Sequence record: DRR723986_16076
Direction: 5' to 3' (one strand)
Length of the DNA stretch: 35,227 bases
A program made the translations under genes and the position numbers. Shown piece after piece: positions 9,826-19,405 of the stretch. Numbering within the stretch: position 1 is the first letter of the stretch; every line of letters starts with the position of its first letter. A model generated the notes under the pieces. That model made no database searches and had not been told where the DNA came from. It saw nothing but the letters and a program-made list of their open reading frames with translations.

Positions 9826-11895
9826 ATGAAATCTTTCGCCCTTGTAAGTCTAGTTCTTGTAACTCAATTCAACTTTGCTCAAAACAAAGAAACAATTTGG
9901 GTAACTCAACTCACTGAAACTGCTTTTCCGCAGCAGTTTATTGAAGATTATCACATCACATCAATAGAAAATGCGTTTCCAGCTTCTAAAAATGAAGAAC
10001 TAAAAAATGTGGTTGAAGTAGTTTGTACTTGCAATGTAGATGTTCTCATGCAAAACATGAATGAAAACAAAAGAGATTTCAATGTAGCAGTTAGAGCTCC
10101 TCAACCAGAATTATTGTCGGTTCCTAATGATTATAATTTAGAATTCAGTAATGATTATGCACTAGATCTTATCAATGCATCAGAAGCATGGTTATTTTCA
10201 ACAGGTGATTCGTCCATTCAAATTGCGATTTCTGATTCTAATTATGATTTGAATCACGAAGAACTTCAAGGAAATATTTCACATACAGATACAAGTTTTG
10301 GTTCAAGCAATTATTACCATGGTACTGCGGTTGCCATAACCGCAGCAGGAGATACGGATAATGGTTTAGGAAAAAGTGCTATCGGTTACAACAGTTCATT
10401 ACAGCTGAGGGGAATGAGTTTTAACAGTATACTTGAAGCTACTTATAGTGGAGCTAAAGTCATCAATTTAAGTTGGTCATCAGGATGTACAAATAACCCT
10501 TATAGTCAGATGGTAATTTCAGAGGCCTTTAACAATGGTTCAATAGTTGTAGCGGCTGCAGGCAACGGCTTTACCTGTGGAAATTCAACTGCTTTAGTTT
10601 ACCCAGCGGCTTATGATCATGTTATAGCTGTTTCAAGTGTAGGTCCAATGGATAATCATGAGCAGATAATGGGAGATCCAAACACCACTCATCAACACAA
10701 CTCTTCCGTGGATATTTGTGCACCAGGATATGATGTAGCGTTATCAGTTTCCAGTGGATGGTATTTAACCGGAAATGGTTCTTCATTTGCTGCGCCTTAT
10801 GTTAGCGGAACAATAGCTTTAATGTTAGATGTTAACCCATGTTTAACATTTCAGGACATAGAATTTATTCTACAAGAAACGGCTTTTAACTTGGATTCTT
10901 TGAATCCTCAATATGCGGGAGAACTTGGTGCTGGGAGGTTAAATGCAGGGTTAGCCGTTGAAATGGCAACTACGTATAACAAACCAATGTTTACTTTATA
11001 TAGCACTTATAATTGCAACGAAACAATGAACGCAGATGTGTTATTAGATAGCTCATCATTTACGAATGCTGTAGCCGTTGATTGGAATACTGGAGCGACA
11101 GGAACTCACTTAGGTAACTTAGTTGCTGGCGAATACATTTGTACAGTGACGAATGAAACAGGATGTTCGACTTCGGATACAATTCAAATAGCTCCCGTTC
11201 AAAGCATAGCAATAAACGGAACAATAGCTGGAGTGGCTTGTAATGGAGAATCCACTGGTGAGATAGAGATACTAATCAATGGAGGCTCTGGAGCTTATGA
11301 TATCGTTTGGAGCACAAATGATACGGTAACAGTTATTACGGATTTATTAGCAGGAGTTTATGAAGTGCTGGTAGTAGATGATATGGGATGTATTCAGGTT
11401 GAGTCTTTTCAGGTAGATGAAAATCCTGCTTTGGAGATAGATTTATTAACTAAAAATTATTTTTCTGATCAAGATGCAGGTGCTATTCAAGCCAATATAG
11501 AAGGAGGGATGCCTGATTATACGCTCGAAATTAATGGGATAGCTGCGGATTTAAGTATTTCGGATTTGGCTGTAGGTTTTTATCAAGTTAAGGTAACGGA
11601 TCAAATGGGGTGTTCAGCTGAAGATACAGCAGTGATTGAAGATGGTGGATCTTTATTCATTGTAGAAGAGGCCGATAATCAAGTGTTAGTTTATCCCAAC
11701 CCTTCATCAGGTCAGTTTCAAATTGATGCGCCAACAGGAACTGCATTCAAAATAATGAACAGCCAAGCTAAGATTGTCGAAGTTGGACATGTATTGGATA
11801 GCGCCGAAAAAGTTTACTTAAGCCCAGGAGTTTATATAATTCAACTGAACATGTTGGACGGAACAGTTCAAACCGAAAAAATGGTCATTCGCTAA
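9826..11895 (+). CDS. S8 (subtilisin-like) serine peptidase with SprB-like repeats and T9SS type-A CTD
   Basis: Triad IAISDS / YHGTAVA / GSSFAAPYVSG, oxyanion AAAGN, SprB-like L.AG.Y.V.V.D..GC repeats, CTD VYPNPS..GVYII..K. Confidence 0.9.
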   Translation: MKSFALVSLVLVTQFNFAQNKETIWVTQLTETAFPQQFIEDYHITSIENAFPASKNEELKNVVEVVCTCNVDVLMQNMNENKRDFNVAVRAPQPELLSVPNDYNLEFSNDYALDLINASEAWLFSTGDSSIQIAISDSNYDLNHEELQGNISHTDTSFGSSNYYHGTAVAITAAGDTDNGLGKSAIGYNSSLQLRGMSFNSILEATYSGAKVINLSWSSGCTNNPYSQMVISEAFNNGSIVVAAAGNGFTCGNSTALVYPAAYDHVIAVSSVGPMDNHEQIMGDPNTTHQHNSSVDICAPGYDVALSVSSGWYLTGNGSSFAAPYVSGTIALMLDVNPCLTFQDIEFILQETAFNLDSLNPQYAGELGAGRLNAGLAVEMATTYNKPMFTLYSTYNCNETMNADVLLDSSSFTNAVAVDWNTGATGTHLGNLVAGEYICTVTNETGCSTSDTIQIAPVQSIAINGTIAGVACNGESTGEIEILINGGSGAYDIVWSTNDTVTVITDLLAGVYEVLVVDDMGCIQVESFQVDENPALEIDLLTKNYFSDQDAGAIQANIEGGMPDYTLEINGIAADLSISDLAVGFYQVKVTDQMGCSAEDTAVIEDGGSLFIVEEADNQVLVYPNPSSGQFQIDAPTGTAFKIMNSQAKIVEVGHVLDSAEKVYLSPGVYIIQLNMLDGTVQTEKMVIR

Positions 11896-12602
11896 TTGCC
11901 CATTTCAATAATTTGCTGTCTCAGATCTGTTAAAAAGTCCTCTAATTCGCGGTCTTTGTACGCTCTGTATGGAATTGGTTCACCAATAATTACTTCCACT
12001 TTACTTGAGCGAAGATTAAAATAGTTGTTACTAGGCCATAGGCGCCTGCTGCCTTTTATTCTTACTGGTAAAATGGTTGATTCAGAAGCTAATGCAAGAT
12101 GCATCCCACCTTTTTTGAAGGTTCCAATTTCACCATCTTTTGAAGTCGTCCCTTCAGGAAAAATAACAACGCTTTTTCCCTGTTTTATAAGTTCACCAGC
12201 ATCAGCTAATGATTCTCTTGATTTGGTTTTATTTTGTCTGTCAATGAATATCATACCTGACATGGCCATGTACCAACCTAAAAAAGGAACCTTTCTAAGT
12301 TCTGCTTTGGCTATGAAGTGTAAATAAAAATCAACGGATCTAAACAGTGCAGGGATATCAGAGTAAGATGCATGATTGGCCATAATTAAATAATGCTCTC
12401 CTTTTTTCAAGTTTTCTTTGCCATACACTTTAATTCGGCCTAATAAAATCATAATCACGGGTCGTGCCCAAAGGTGTTTAGCCAAATAGAGCATTACGTT
12501 TGGCTGAAAACACAGAAAATAGGTAAGTGTGGCTATGATAATTGAAGTCATAGACCAAACTATTACTAACAATAGCTTTATTATTGAACTAAGCGCATAC
12601 AT
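11892..12602 (-). CDS. plsC: 1-acyl-sn-glycerol-3-phosphate (lysophospholipid) acyltransferase
   Basis: NHASYSD (HX4D), FIDR and FPEGT motifs; start overlaps the priA stop (TAATG). Confidence 0.88.
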   Translation of the reverse strand: MYALSSIIKLLLVIVWSMTSIIIATLTYFLCFQPNVMLYLAKHLWARPVIMILLGRIKVYGKENLKKGEHYLIMANHASYSDIPALFRSVDFYLHFIAKAELRKVPFLGWYMAMSGMIFIDRQNKTKSRESLADAGELIKQGKSVVIFPEGTTSKDGEIGTFKKGGMHLALASESTILPVRIKGSRRLWPSNNYFNLRSSKVEVIIGEPIPYRAYKDRELEDFLTDLRQQIIEMGN

Positions 12603-15085
12603 TATTGTGGGTCAACATCTATATCTACACGAATTGATCTGAAATCATGATCAGATAAAAAGACTTCTATTTTTTGTTTAATAATATCTTTCACCTTTTT
12701 AGGAGAAGCGTCTCGTTCAAATTTAAGCGTAATATTTTTTAGATAAAAATTTCTTACCCTTCCAACAGAAGGAATTTCTGGTCCTAATACTCGATCTTTA
12801 AAAACAGCCTGTAACGATTTTGCAAGAGTTGCAGCCCCAATTTCTAGGACATCCTGTTTTCTGTGTTTCATTTTTAAGACAATTATTCTAAAAAATGGAG
12901 GGTAATGAAAATTTCTTCGTTCTAGTAGCTCTTGTTTATAAAATCCGAGATAATCATGTTGCATCACTTTTTGAATAATCCAGTGATTTGGTTCGTAAGT
13001 TTGAATAATAACCTTTCCTCTTTTTTTATCCCTACCAGCTCGTCCAGCAACTTGCGACATCAAGTGGTATGATCGCTCAAAGGATCTGAAGTCTGGAAAA
13101 TTTAATAGCTGATCGGCCGATAAAATCCCTACCAATCCCACATTATCAAAGTCTAAACCTTTGGTCACCATCTGAGTTCCTATTAAAATATCAATCTCTC
13201 TGTTCTCGAATTTTGAAATAATGTTTGAATAGGCATTTTTTGCTCTAGTTGTGTCCAAGTCCATTCGTTGCATTTTGACCTTGGGCAGATAAATAGCCAA
13301 TTCATCTTCTATTTTTTCGGTTCCAAATCCAATCATTTTGAGCTTCCTTGAGCCGCAAGCACCGCAAGAAGATGGAGGTGAAATGTGGTATCCACAATAA
13401 TGACATTTTAAAACATTGGATGACTTGTGATAAGTCAAAGACACGTCACAGTTTTTACATTGTGGTGTCCAACCACACATTTCACAAGTCCAAACAGGTG
13501 TGTACCCCCTTCTGTTTTGAAATAAAATAATTTGCTCACCTCTTTCTAACGCCTCTTCCATACCGTGCAATAAGAAAGATGAAAAGTGAGACTTCATGGT
13601 TTTTTGCTTGGTTTCTTTTTCAATATCTGCGCATTGAATTTCTGGCATTTGAACACCGCCGTAGCGATCAAATAATTCCACCAAACCGTATCTTCCTTCT
13701 TCAGCGTTGTAATAAGTTTCTATAGCAGGTGTTGCCGATCCCAGGAGTACTTTAGATTTATGGAGGTGAGAGAGGACAATTGCTACATCTCGGCCATTGT
13801 ATCTTGGAGCAGGATCGTACTGTTTGAATGAGTTTTCGTGCTCTTCATCAACAATGATTAATCCTAGATCTTGGAAGGGTAAAAAGACTGAGGAACGGGC
13901 TCCCAAAATGATTCTAAATTGATCAGGGTCGTTTTGTAAAACCTTGTTCCATATCTCTATCCGTTCATTTTGATTAAAACGACTGTGATAGACCCCAACT
14001 TGGTCGCCAAAATACTTCTTTAAACGGTTAATAAGTTGCGCGGTTAAAGCAATTTCTGGAAGTAGAAACAGTACCTGCTGTCCCAGTTTTAGTGCTTCCT
14101 CAATTTTTTTGACATAAATCTCAGTTTTACCTGAAGAGGTGACACCATGTAACAAAACAACACTTTTATCCTCAAAATGAGCATCAATTTCTTCAAGTGA
14201 CTTTTGCTGTGATGGGGATAATGACTTACTTTGAGCCAAATCTTCATCTCCCTGAATCAACCTAGAAACTTCAGCTGAATAAAGTGTAATTATTTCTTTT
14301 TTAGCCAATGAATTTAATGATGATTCAGAGGCACCTTCTGCAAGAACAGACTTTTTGGTTACGGGATTTTGATTACCGTTATTCCAGCGAGTCAATTCAA
14401 TTATTTTTAATAATGCATTGACCTGTTTGGTGTTCTTTTTTTGCCCTTCAAGTAAGTTTAACAATTCAGTCATTTCAGACTCAGTGGCAATATGCTGATC
14501 TATTTCTACAAAGGTTTGGTATTTAGGACTGTATTTTGCGTTCAGTTCTTCTGAAACGATAGCCCGTTTATTCTCAATTAATTTTTTAACCAAAGGCTGG
14601 ATCGTTTTGATACCAACAATTTCTGCAACTTCTTTTAAGGTCAATTCTTCCTGAACTTGAAGTGCTTCAAGAACTAAAAACTCTTTGTCTGTTAATCCGG
14701 TATCAGATCGGTCAAATTCTGGATGAAGTGATAATTTAGTTTCACTCGCTAATTTAAAATTAGAAGGCAAGGCAGCATTCATCACATCCCCAATGTCCGC
14801 CATGTAGTATTCAGAAATCCAATCCCACAATTGAAATTGTTTTTCTGTTACAATACGTTGGTCGTCTAATATGGCTTCAACATATTTTACCTGATAGTTT
14901 TTAGGAATTTCTTCGTGAAGTTTTCTTACGATTGCCGTGTAATACTTGGCTTTACCAAAGGGAACGATTACTCGTTTTCCAACACCAACATCATCATTTA
15001 ACTCATACGGAACCCGATAAGTGTAAGTATTTGGAATGCTTAGTGGGAGAATTACGTCAACAAAATAAGTAATCCGTTCTGCCAT
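12602..15085 (-). CDS. priA: Primosomal protein N' (replication restart helicase)
   Basis: GVTSSGKT Walker A, DEEH, GSATP, NRRGY, four CxxC motifs, GTQMVTKGLDF, QVAGRAGR, DVDP C-terminus. Confidence 0.98.
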   Translation of the reverse strand: MAERITYFVDVILPLSIPNTYTYRVPYELNDDVGVGKRVIVPFGKAKYYTAIVRKLHEEIPKNYQVKYVEAILDDQRIVTEKQFQLWDWISEYYMADIGDVMNAALPSNFKLASETKLSLHPEFDRSDTGLTDKEFLVLEALQVQEELTLKEVAEIVGIKTIQPLVKKLIENKRAIVSEELNAKYSPKYQTFVEIDQHIATESEMTELLNLLEGQKKNTKQVNALLKIIELTRWNNGNQNPVTKKSVLAEGASESSLNSLAKKEIITLYSAEVSRLIQGDEDLAQSKSLSPSQQKSLEEIDAHFEDKSVVLLHGVTSSGKTEIYVKKIEEALKLGQQVLFLLPEIALTAQLINRLKKYFGDQVGVYHSRFNQNERIEIWNKVLQNDPDQFRIILGARSSVFLPFQDLGLIIVDEEHENSFKQYDPAPRYNGRDVAIVLSHLHKSKVLLGSATPAIETYYNAEEGRYGLVELFDRYGGVQMPEIQCADIEKETKQKTMKSHFSSFLLHGMEEALERGEQIILFQNRRGYTPVWTCEMCGWTPQCKNCDVSLTYHKSSNVLKCHYCGYHISPPSSCGACGSRKLKMIGFGTEKIEDELAIYLPKVKMQRMDLDTTRAKNAYSNIISKFENREIDILIGTQMVTKGLDFDNVGLVGILSADQLLNFPDFRSFERSYHLMSQVAGRAGRDKKRGKVIIQTYEPNHWIIQKVMQHDYLGFYKQELLERRNFHYPPFFRIIVLKMKHRKQDVLEIGAATLAKSLQAVFKDRVLGPEIPSVGRVRNFYLKNITLKFERDASPKKVKDIIKQKIEVFLSDHDFRSIRVDIDVDPQ

Positions 15086-15122
15086 GAAACGAAAATACAG
15101 TTATTTTAAGAAATTGGTATTT

Positions 15123-15572
15123 TTATTTATCCCAATTTCCGTATCCATTTTTAAGATTGTAAACTTCTAAAAAGTTTCTGTCTTTTAGGATATCTCTTGC
15201 TTTTCCGCTTCTTCCGCCAGCTTGACAATAAACAAAAACGGGTGAAGTAACATCTAAAGAATCTACGTAGGATTCGAATGCACCAGAATTATAATCTAAA
15301 TTCATTGCTCCTTCAATGTGTCCTTCATTGTATTCTTCAGGTGTTCTAACGTCAATTAGAATTCCTTTTACTTCACTCATTTTTGAAGCAAATTCTTCGT
15401 TTTCTAAATCTTGGATAATTGCAGGCTCAAGTTCCGATTCAATTTCATCAATAACTTCATCAGATGTATTCTCAATTTGCTCTGTAACTTCTTCCGCAGA
15501 CTCACTTGATTCACCGCATGCAACGGCTAAAAATATAATGGTTGTAATACTAAATAAATTAATCGTTTTCAT
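15123..15572 (-). CDS. Rhodanese-like domain lipoprotein
   Basis: Lipobox LAVA-C, acidic linker, IDVRTPEEY..GHI.GA, active-site loop YCQAGGRS. Confidence 0.88.
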   Translation of the reverse strand: MKTINLFSITTIIFLAVACGESSESAEEVTEQIENTSDEVIDEIESELEPAIIQDLENEEFASKMSEVKGILIDVRTPEEYNEGHIEGAMNLDYNSGAFESYVDSLDVTSPVFVYCQAGGRSGKARDILKDRNFLEVYNLKNGYGNWDK

Positions 15573-15573
15573 A

Positions 15574-16188
15574 TTATTTTCCTTTTAATCCCCTTAATGC
15601 TTTAGAATAAAATCTGTAGGTAATTCCGGCTGTTATAAATTCCGGTGACCAAACCGAAACTTCCATATTAAATCCTAGATTTTTAGCAAATAAAAAGTCT
15701 AATCCAATAAGGGTAACGCCTGTGAATACATTTGCTTTCTCAGGCATGAATCTTCGTGCTGGCTCTGGGATAATACTTGGTTCATGAAAATAAAAAACAG
15801 CTCCCGCCTTCAATTTCATGTAGTATTCAAAGTTGAGTCGGTGAATCAACGTTGCTTTAGGCGCAACAGAGAAATACATAAATGAACCGCCGTATTTTTG
15901 AGTTCCGTAATTCATGTTCATATACTGATAGCCCAAGTTTCCACAAACGCTAATAACGTTTCCAAAGACAAATTCATGTGTATATGAAATTGATGGCGAC
16001 CAGCCTTTGAAGTCTAAAGCTACCGCACCTGTATCATTAATTCCGTTTTTTAAAAGGTAATGATCAAGGTGTTCACTTGAATAACCTAAACTTAATTTTG
16101 AAACTTGGTTATAACCTCCTGATTCAATATTCTGAGTGAATCCTACAATAGTAGAAACTGAAATAATAAAAGTGAAAAGCAATTTCAT
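15574..16188 (-). CDS. Hypothetical exported protein, probable small outer-membrane beta-barrel
   Basis: Signal peptide, alternating aromatic/hydrophobic strands, AGITYRF near the C-terminus. TAATTTCG box at 16200-16193. Confidence 0.65.
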   Translation of the reverse strand: MKLLFTFIISVSTIVGFTQNIESGGYNQVSKLSLGYSSEHLDHYLLKNGINDTGAVALDFKGWSPSISYTHEFVFGNVISVCGNLGYQYMNMNYGTQKYGGSFMYFSVAPKATLIHRLNFEYYMKLKAGAVFYFHEPSIIPEPARRFMPEKANVFTGVTLIGLDFLFAKNLGFNMEVSVWSPEFITAGITYRFYSKALRGLKGK

Positions 16189-16295
16189 GCCGCGAAATTA
16201 AGGATTATTTCTAGTATTTTATACCTAGTCAAACTAAGTATTTAATTATCAGTTGTTTTATTAATCATTTTGAGAGATTATTTATATTTGATAAG

Positions 16296-16985
16296 ATGAA
16301 TCAGCACATGTCAATCAAAAAACTATCAAAAGACGACCGCCCTCGTGAAAAGTTATTGGAAAAGGGTAGGGGGGCATTATCAGACGCAGAAATCATTGCT
16401 ATTTTAATAGGTTCTGGAAATAGGAACAAAACAGCTGTTCAATTGAGTCAAGAAATCCTACAAAACGTAGATAATGACCTGAATAAATTAGCGAAATTAT
16501 CTGTTCATGAATTGATGAAGTTTAAGGGAATTGGAGAAGCAAAGGCAATATCGATTGCTGCGGCGCTGGAACTAGGAAGAAGAAGAAAATCTGAAAACTT
16601 TGATAAAACTCAAGCAATTAAGAGCGCGGCTGATGTTCATGTATTAATGTCGAGCATTTTTGAAGATCTAGAACATGAAGAGTTTTATGCCATATGTTTA
16701 AGTAGAGCCAACAAGGTAAAATCAATTGAGTGTATTTCAAAAGGAGGAGTTAGTGGTACCGTTTCTGATGGGAAATTGGTCTTTAAAAAAGCACTTGAGA
16801 ATACGGCCTCGGCAATTATTCTTTGCCACAATCATCCATCAGGGAACCTGAAACCAAGTGCTGCGGATAAGGCTTTGACGGACAATTTAAAACAGTTTGG
16901 GAAGTTTATAGATTTACCGATCCTGGATCATGTTATAATAACGAATGAATCTTACTTCAGTTTTGCTGATCAAGGGCTAATCTAA
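16296..16985 (+). CDS. radC: RadC-family JAB domain protein
   Basis: DDRPREKL, GIGEAKA HhH motif, HNHPSG..PS..D, LDHVII. Alternative start at 16308. TATATTTG box at 16283-16290. Confidence 0.95.
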   Translation: MNQHMSIKKLSKDDRPREKLLEKGRGALSDAEIIAILIGSGNRNKTAVQLSQEILQNVDNDLNKLAKLSVHELMKFKGIGEAKAISIAAALELGRRRKSENFDKTQAIKSAADVHVLMSSIFEDLEHEEFYAICLSRANKVKSIECISKGGVSGTVSDGKLVFKKALENTASAIILCHNHPSGNLKPSAADKALTDNLKQFGKFIDLPILDHVIITNESYFSFADQGLI

Positions 16986-17015
16986 ATTGCTATTTTTGCA
17001 ATACAGACCATTTGA

Positions 17016-18158
17016 ATGAAAATCATCACGATCATAGGGGCGAGACCTCAAATCATAAAGGCTGCGGCAATCAGTAGGGCTATCCTGAACAATCATCAAA
17101 ATCAAATTGATGAGGTTATAGTGCACACAGGTCAACATTATGACGAAAACATGTCGAAGGTTTTTTTTGAAGAACTGGGCATTCCTAAACCGAATTATAA
17201 CTTGAATGTTGGTTCTGGTAGTCATGGGAAACAAACAGCTAAAATGCTTGAAGGAATTGAAGAGATAATTCTTGCTGAACAACCAAATGCGGTTTTAGTT
17301 TATGGTGATACGAATTCAACCGTAGCTGGCGGATTAGCGGCAGCTAAACTTCATGTACCACTAGTACATATTGAGGCGGGTTTAAGGTCGTTTAATAAAG
17401 CAATGCCAGAAGAAATTAACCGTATTGCTTGTGACCATATGTCAACACTATTGTTTTCACCAACCAAACAGGGGATTGAGAATTTAAAAAATGAAGGCTT
17501 TGACTTGAATAATGGAGCTCCTTATACTATCGATAATCCAAAAGTCTATCATTGTGGTGATATCATGTATGACAATTCATTGCATTTTTCTACCATTTCT
17601 GATGAAAAGTCAAACCTTGTAAACAAGTTAGATCTTAAAGGCAAGTTTATCCTGTCTACCATTCATAGAAATAACAATACTGATGAACCTGTAAGATTGA
17701 ATTCCATTTTTAGTGCTTTGTTGGATATTTCGAATCAAGATGAAATTTACGTGGTGCTGCCTTTGCATCCGCGTACTAAAAAAATGATGGACCTTCATTT
17801 ATCTGATGACATAAAAAGCAAAGTTGAACAATCTAACTGGTTGAAAATCATACCTCCTGTTTCATTTTTAGATGTCATTGCCTTAGAAAAATCTTGTGAA
17901 ATGATCATTACGGATAGTGGAGGAGTTCAAAAGGAAGCCTTCTTTTTTAAGAAACCAAGTTTGGTGTTGAGATCTGAAACAGAGTGGGTTGAAATTGTAG
18001 AAAACGGTTCTGCTATCATTTGTGATGCAGATTATGATCGAATTGTTTCGGCCTATAAACACTTGAAAAACCATAATGATCTGGAATTTCCAGAGTTATT
18101 TGGTGATGGGAAATCTGCTGAATTTATTTGTCAAGAAATTTTGACGCATATTGGATGA
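17016..18158 (+). CDS. wecB: UDP-N-acetylglucosamine 2-epimerase (non-hydrolysing)
   Basis: GARPQIIK, HTGQHYD, YGDTNST, HIEAGLRS, PEEINR, TDSGGVQKEA motifs. TATTTTTG box at 16991-16998. Confidence 0.95.
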   Translation: MKIITIIGARPQIIKAAAISRAILNNHQNQIDEVIVHTGQHYDENMSKVFFEELGIPKPNYNLNVGSGSHGKQTAKMLEGIEEIILAEQPNAVLVYGDTNSTVAGGLAAAKLHVPLVHIEAGLRSFNKAMPEEINRIACDHMSTLLFSPTKQGIENLKNEGFDLNNGAPYTIDNPKVYHCGDIMYDNSLHFSTISDEKSNLVNKLDLKGKFILSTIHRNNNTDEPVRLNSIFSALLDISNQDEIYVVLPLHPRTKKMMDLHLSDDIKSKVEQSNWLKIIPPVSFLDVIALEKSCEMIITDSGGVQKEAFFFKKPSLVLRSETEWVEIVENGSAIICDADYDRIVSAYKHLKNHNDLEFPELFGDGKSAEFICQEILTHIG

Positions 18159-19405
18159 TCGCAATTTACTCCGAAATATTATCACCGCGATTAGACTACA
18201 TTATTGATTTCTTTTTTAGATCTAAAGACCTTGAAGTAGATGTATTCAATGATGTAGAAGGCTTCAAACTATCTGGCTTAAAAAAAATTAATTACTCTGC
18301 CAATAAAATGGCGGATGTCCATAATATACTACCGTCAGGAGTCCTTTTCGAATCAGATATTGACAATAATTTAAAACTTGAAAAAAGAGGTGAAAACCTA
18401 TATTTAAGAGATGTTTCTGATCCGTTCTCAGTAGCATTTTACCTGTTGTCTCGATACGAAGAATATCAGCCCCACACGAAAGACGCCCATGGCAGATTTG
18501 GTGCTCAACAGAGTCAACAAAAACAGTTGGACGTACTTTACAGGCCAATTGTTGATGAATTGGTTAAAGAAACCTGGGCTTCATTAGGAATTAGCTTTGA
18601 TTCGGAGCTCGCTAAGTTTGATTGTGTTCCTTCTTTTGATATTGATGTTGCCTGGGCTTATAAAGGACGTCCAGTTTGGCGAACGGCAGGCGGTTTTTTA
18701 AAAGGAGATATTGGATCACGGCTAAAAGTCATATTGAAGCGTAAAAAAGACCCCTATGACACTTATTCTGAAATAGTAAACATTTCTACTCAGGTAGATC
18801 GAATTATCTGTTTTGCTTTATTAAGCGATTGGGGGAAATATGATAAGAATATTCATTGGGAAAATAATGAATATCAATCTTTGATTAGAGGCTTAAATGC
18901 TAACGGTGGAATGGGGATTCATCCCGGATATGAGTCTCATTTACAGCCAGATAAGCTAGAGATTGAAATTGATAGACTTGCTCAAATAGTGGGTCATGAA
19001 GTCACAAAATCTCGCTTTCATTTTTTAAGATTTGAGCTGCCTAAATCATATGAAATATTGCTTGAAAAAGGAATTATAAAGGATTACTCAATGGGATACG
19101 CAGATGATGTTGGTTTCAGAGCAGGAACATCAATTCCTTTTTACTTTTTCAACCTGAATAAAAACGAAAAGACAAATCTCCTTGTATTTCCTTTTGCCTA
19201 CATGGATAGTGCATTTAAAGATAATTTGAAAAAAACGCCTGAAGAAGCCAAGACAATGGTTGATGAGATGATGAAGTTAGTTGCTAATGTTGGTGGTTTA
19301 TTCATGTGTATTTGGCACAATAGTTCAATTACGGATGACGGTGAATGGCTTGGTTGGAAAGGCGTTTTAAATTATACGGTTAAAAGAAAAAATGAGCTGA
19401 AATGA
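18155..19405 (+). CDS. Polysaccharide deacetylase-like protein (DUF7033-type N-terminus)
   Basis: LSRYEEY..D.HGRF, SFDID, GIHPGY, RFHFLR, DYSMGY..GFRAGT, WHN motifs. ATG 18155 overlaps the wecB TGA (ATGA). Confidence 0.8.
   Translation: MIAIYSEILSPRLDYIIDFFFRSKDLEVDVFNDVEGFKLSGLKKINYSANKMADVHNILPSGVLFESDIDNNLKLEKRGENLYLRDVSDPFSVAFYLLSRYEEYQPHTKDAHGRFGAQQSQQKQLDVLYRPIVDELVKETWASLGISFDSELAKFDCVPSFDIDVAWAYKGRPVWRTAGGFLKGDIGSRLKVILKRKKDPYDTYSEIVNISTQVDRIICFALLSDWGKYDKNIHWENNEYQSLIRGLNANGGMGIHPGYESHLQPDKLEIEIDRLAQIVGHEVTKSRFHFLRFELPKSYEILLEKGIIKDYSMGYADDVGFRAGTSIPFYFFNLNKNEKTNLLVFPFAYMDSAFKDNLKKTPEEAKTMVDEMMKLVANVGGLFMCIWHNSSITDDGEWLGWKGVLNYTVKRKNELK

Noticed and set aside
16211-16250. CTAGTAT..ATACCTAG and CTAAGTATTTAA dyads upstream of radC as an SOS box
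   Set aside because: Imperfect, very AT-rich, and spacing differs from the dyad at 30844-30862.
16296-16985. radC as a marker of a mobile element
   Set aside because: Full-length chromosomal form with HhH region; no integrase, transposase or att site nearby.
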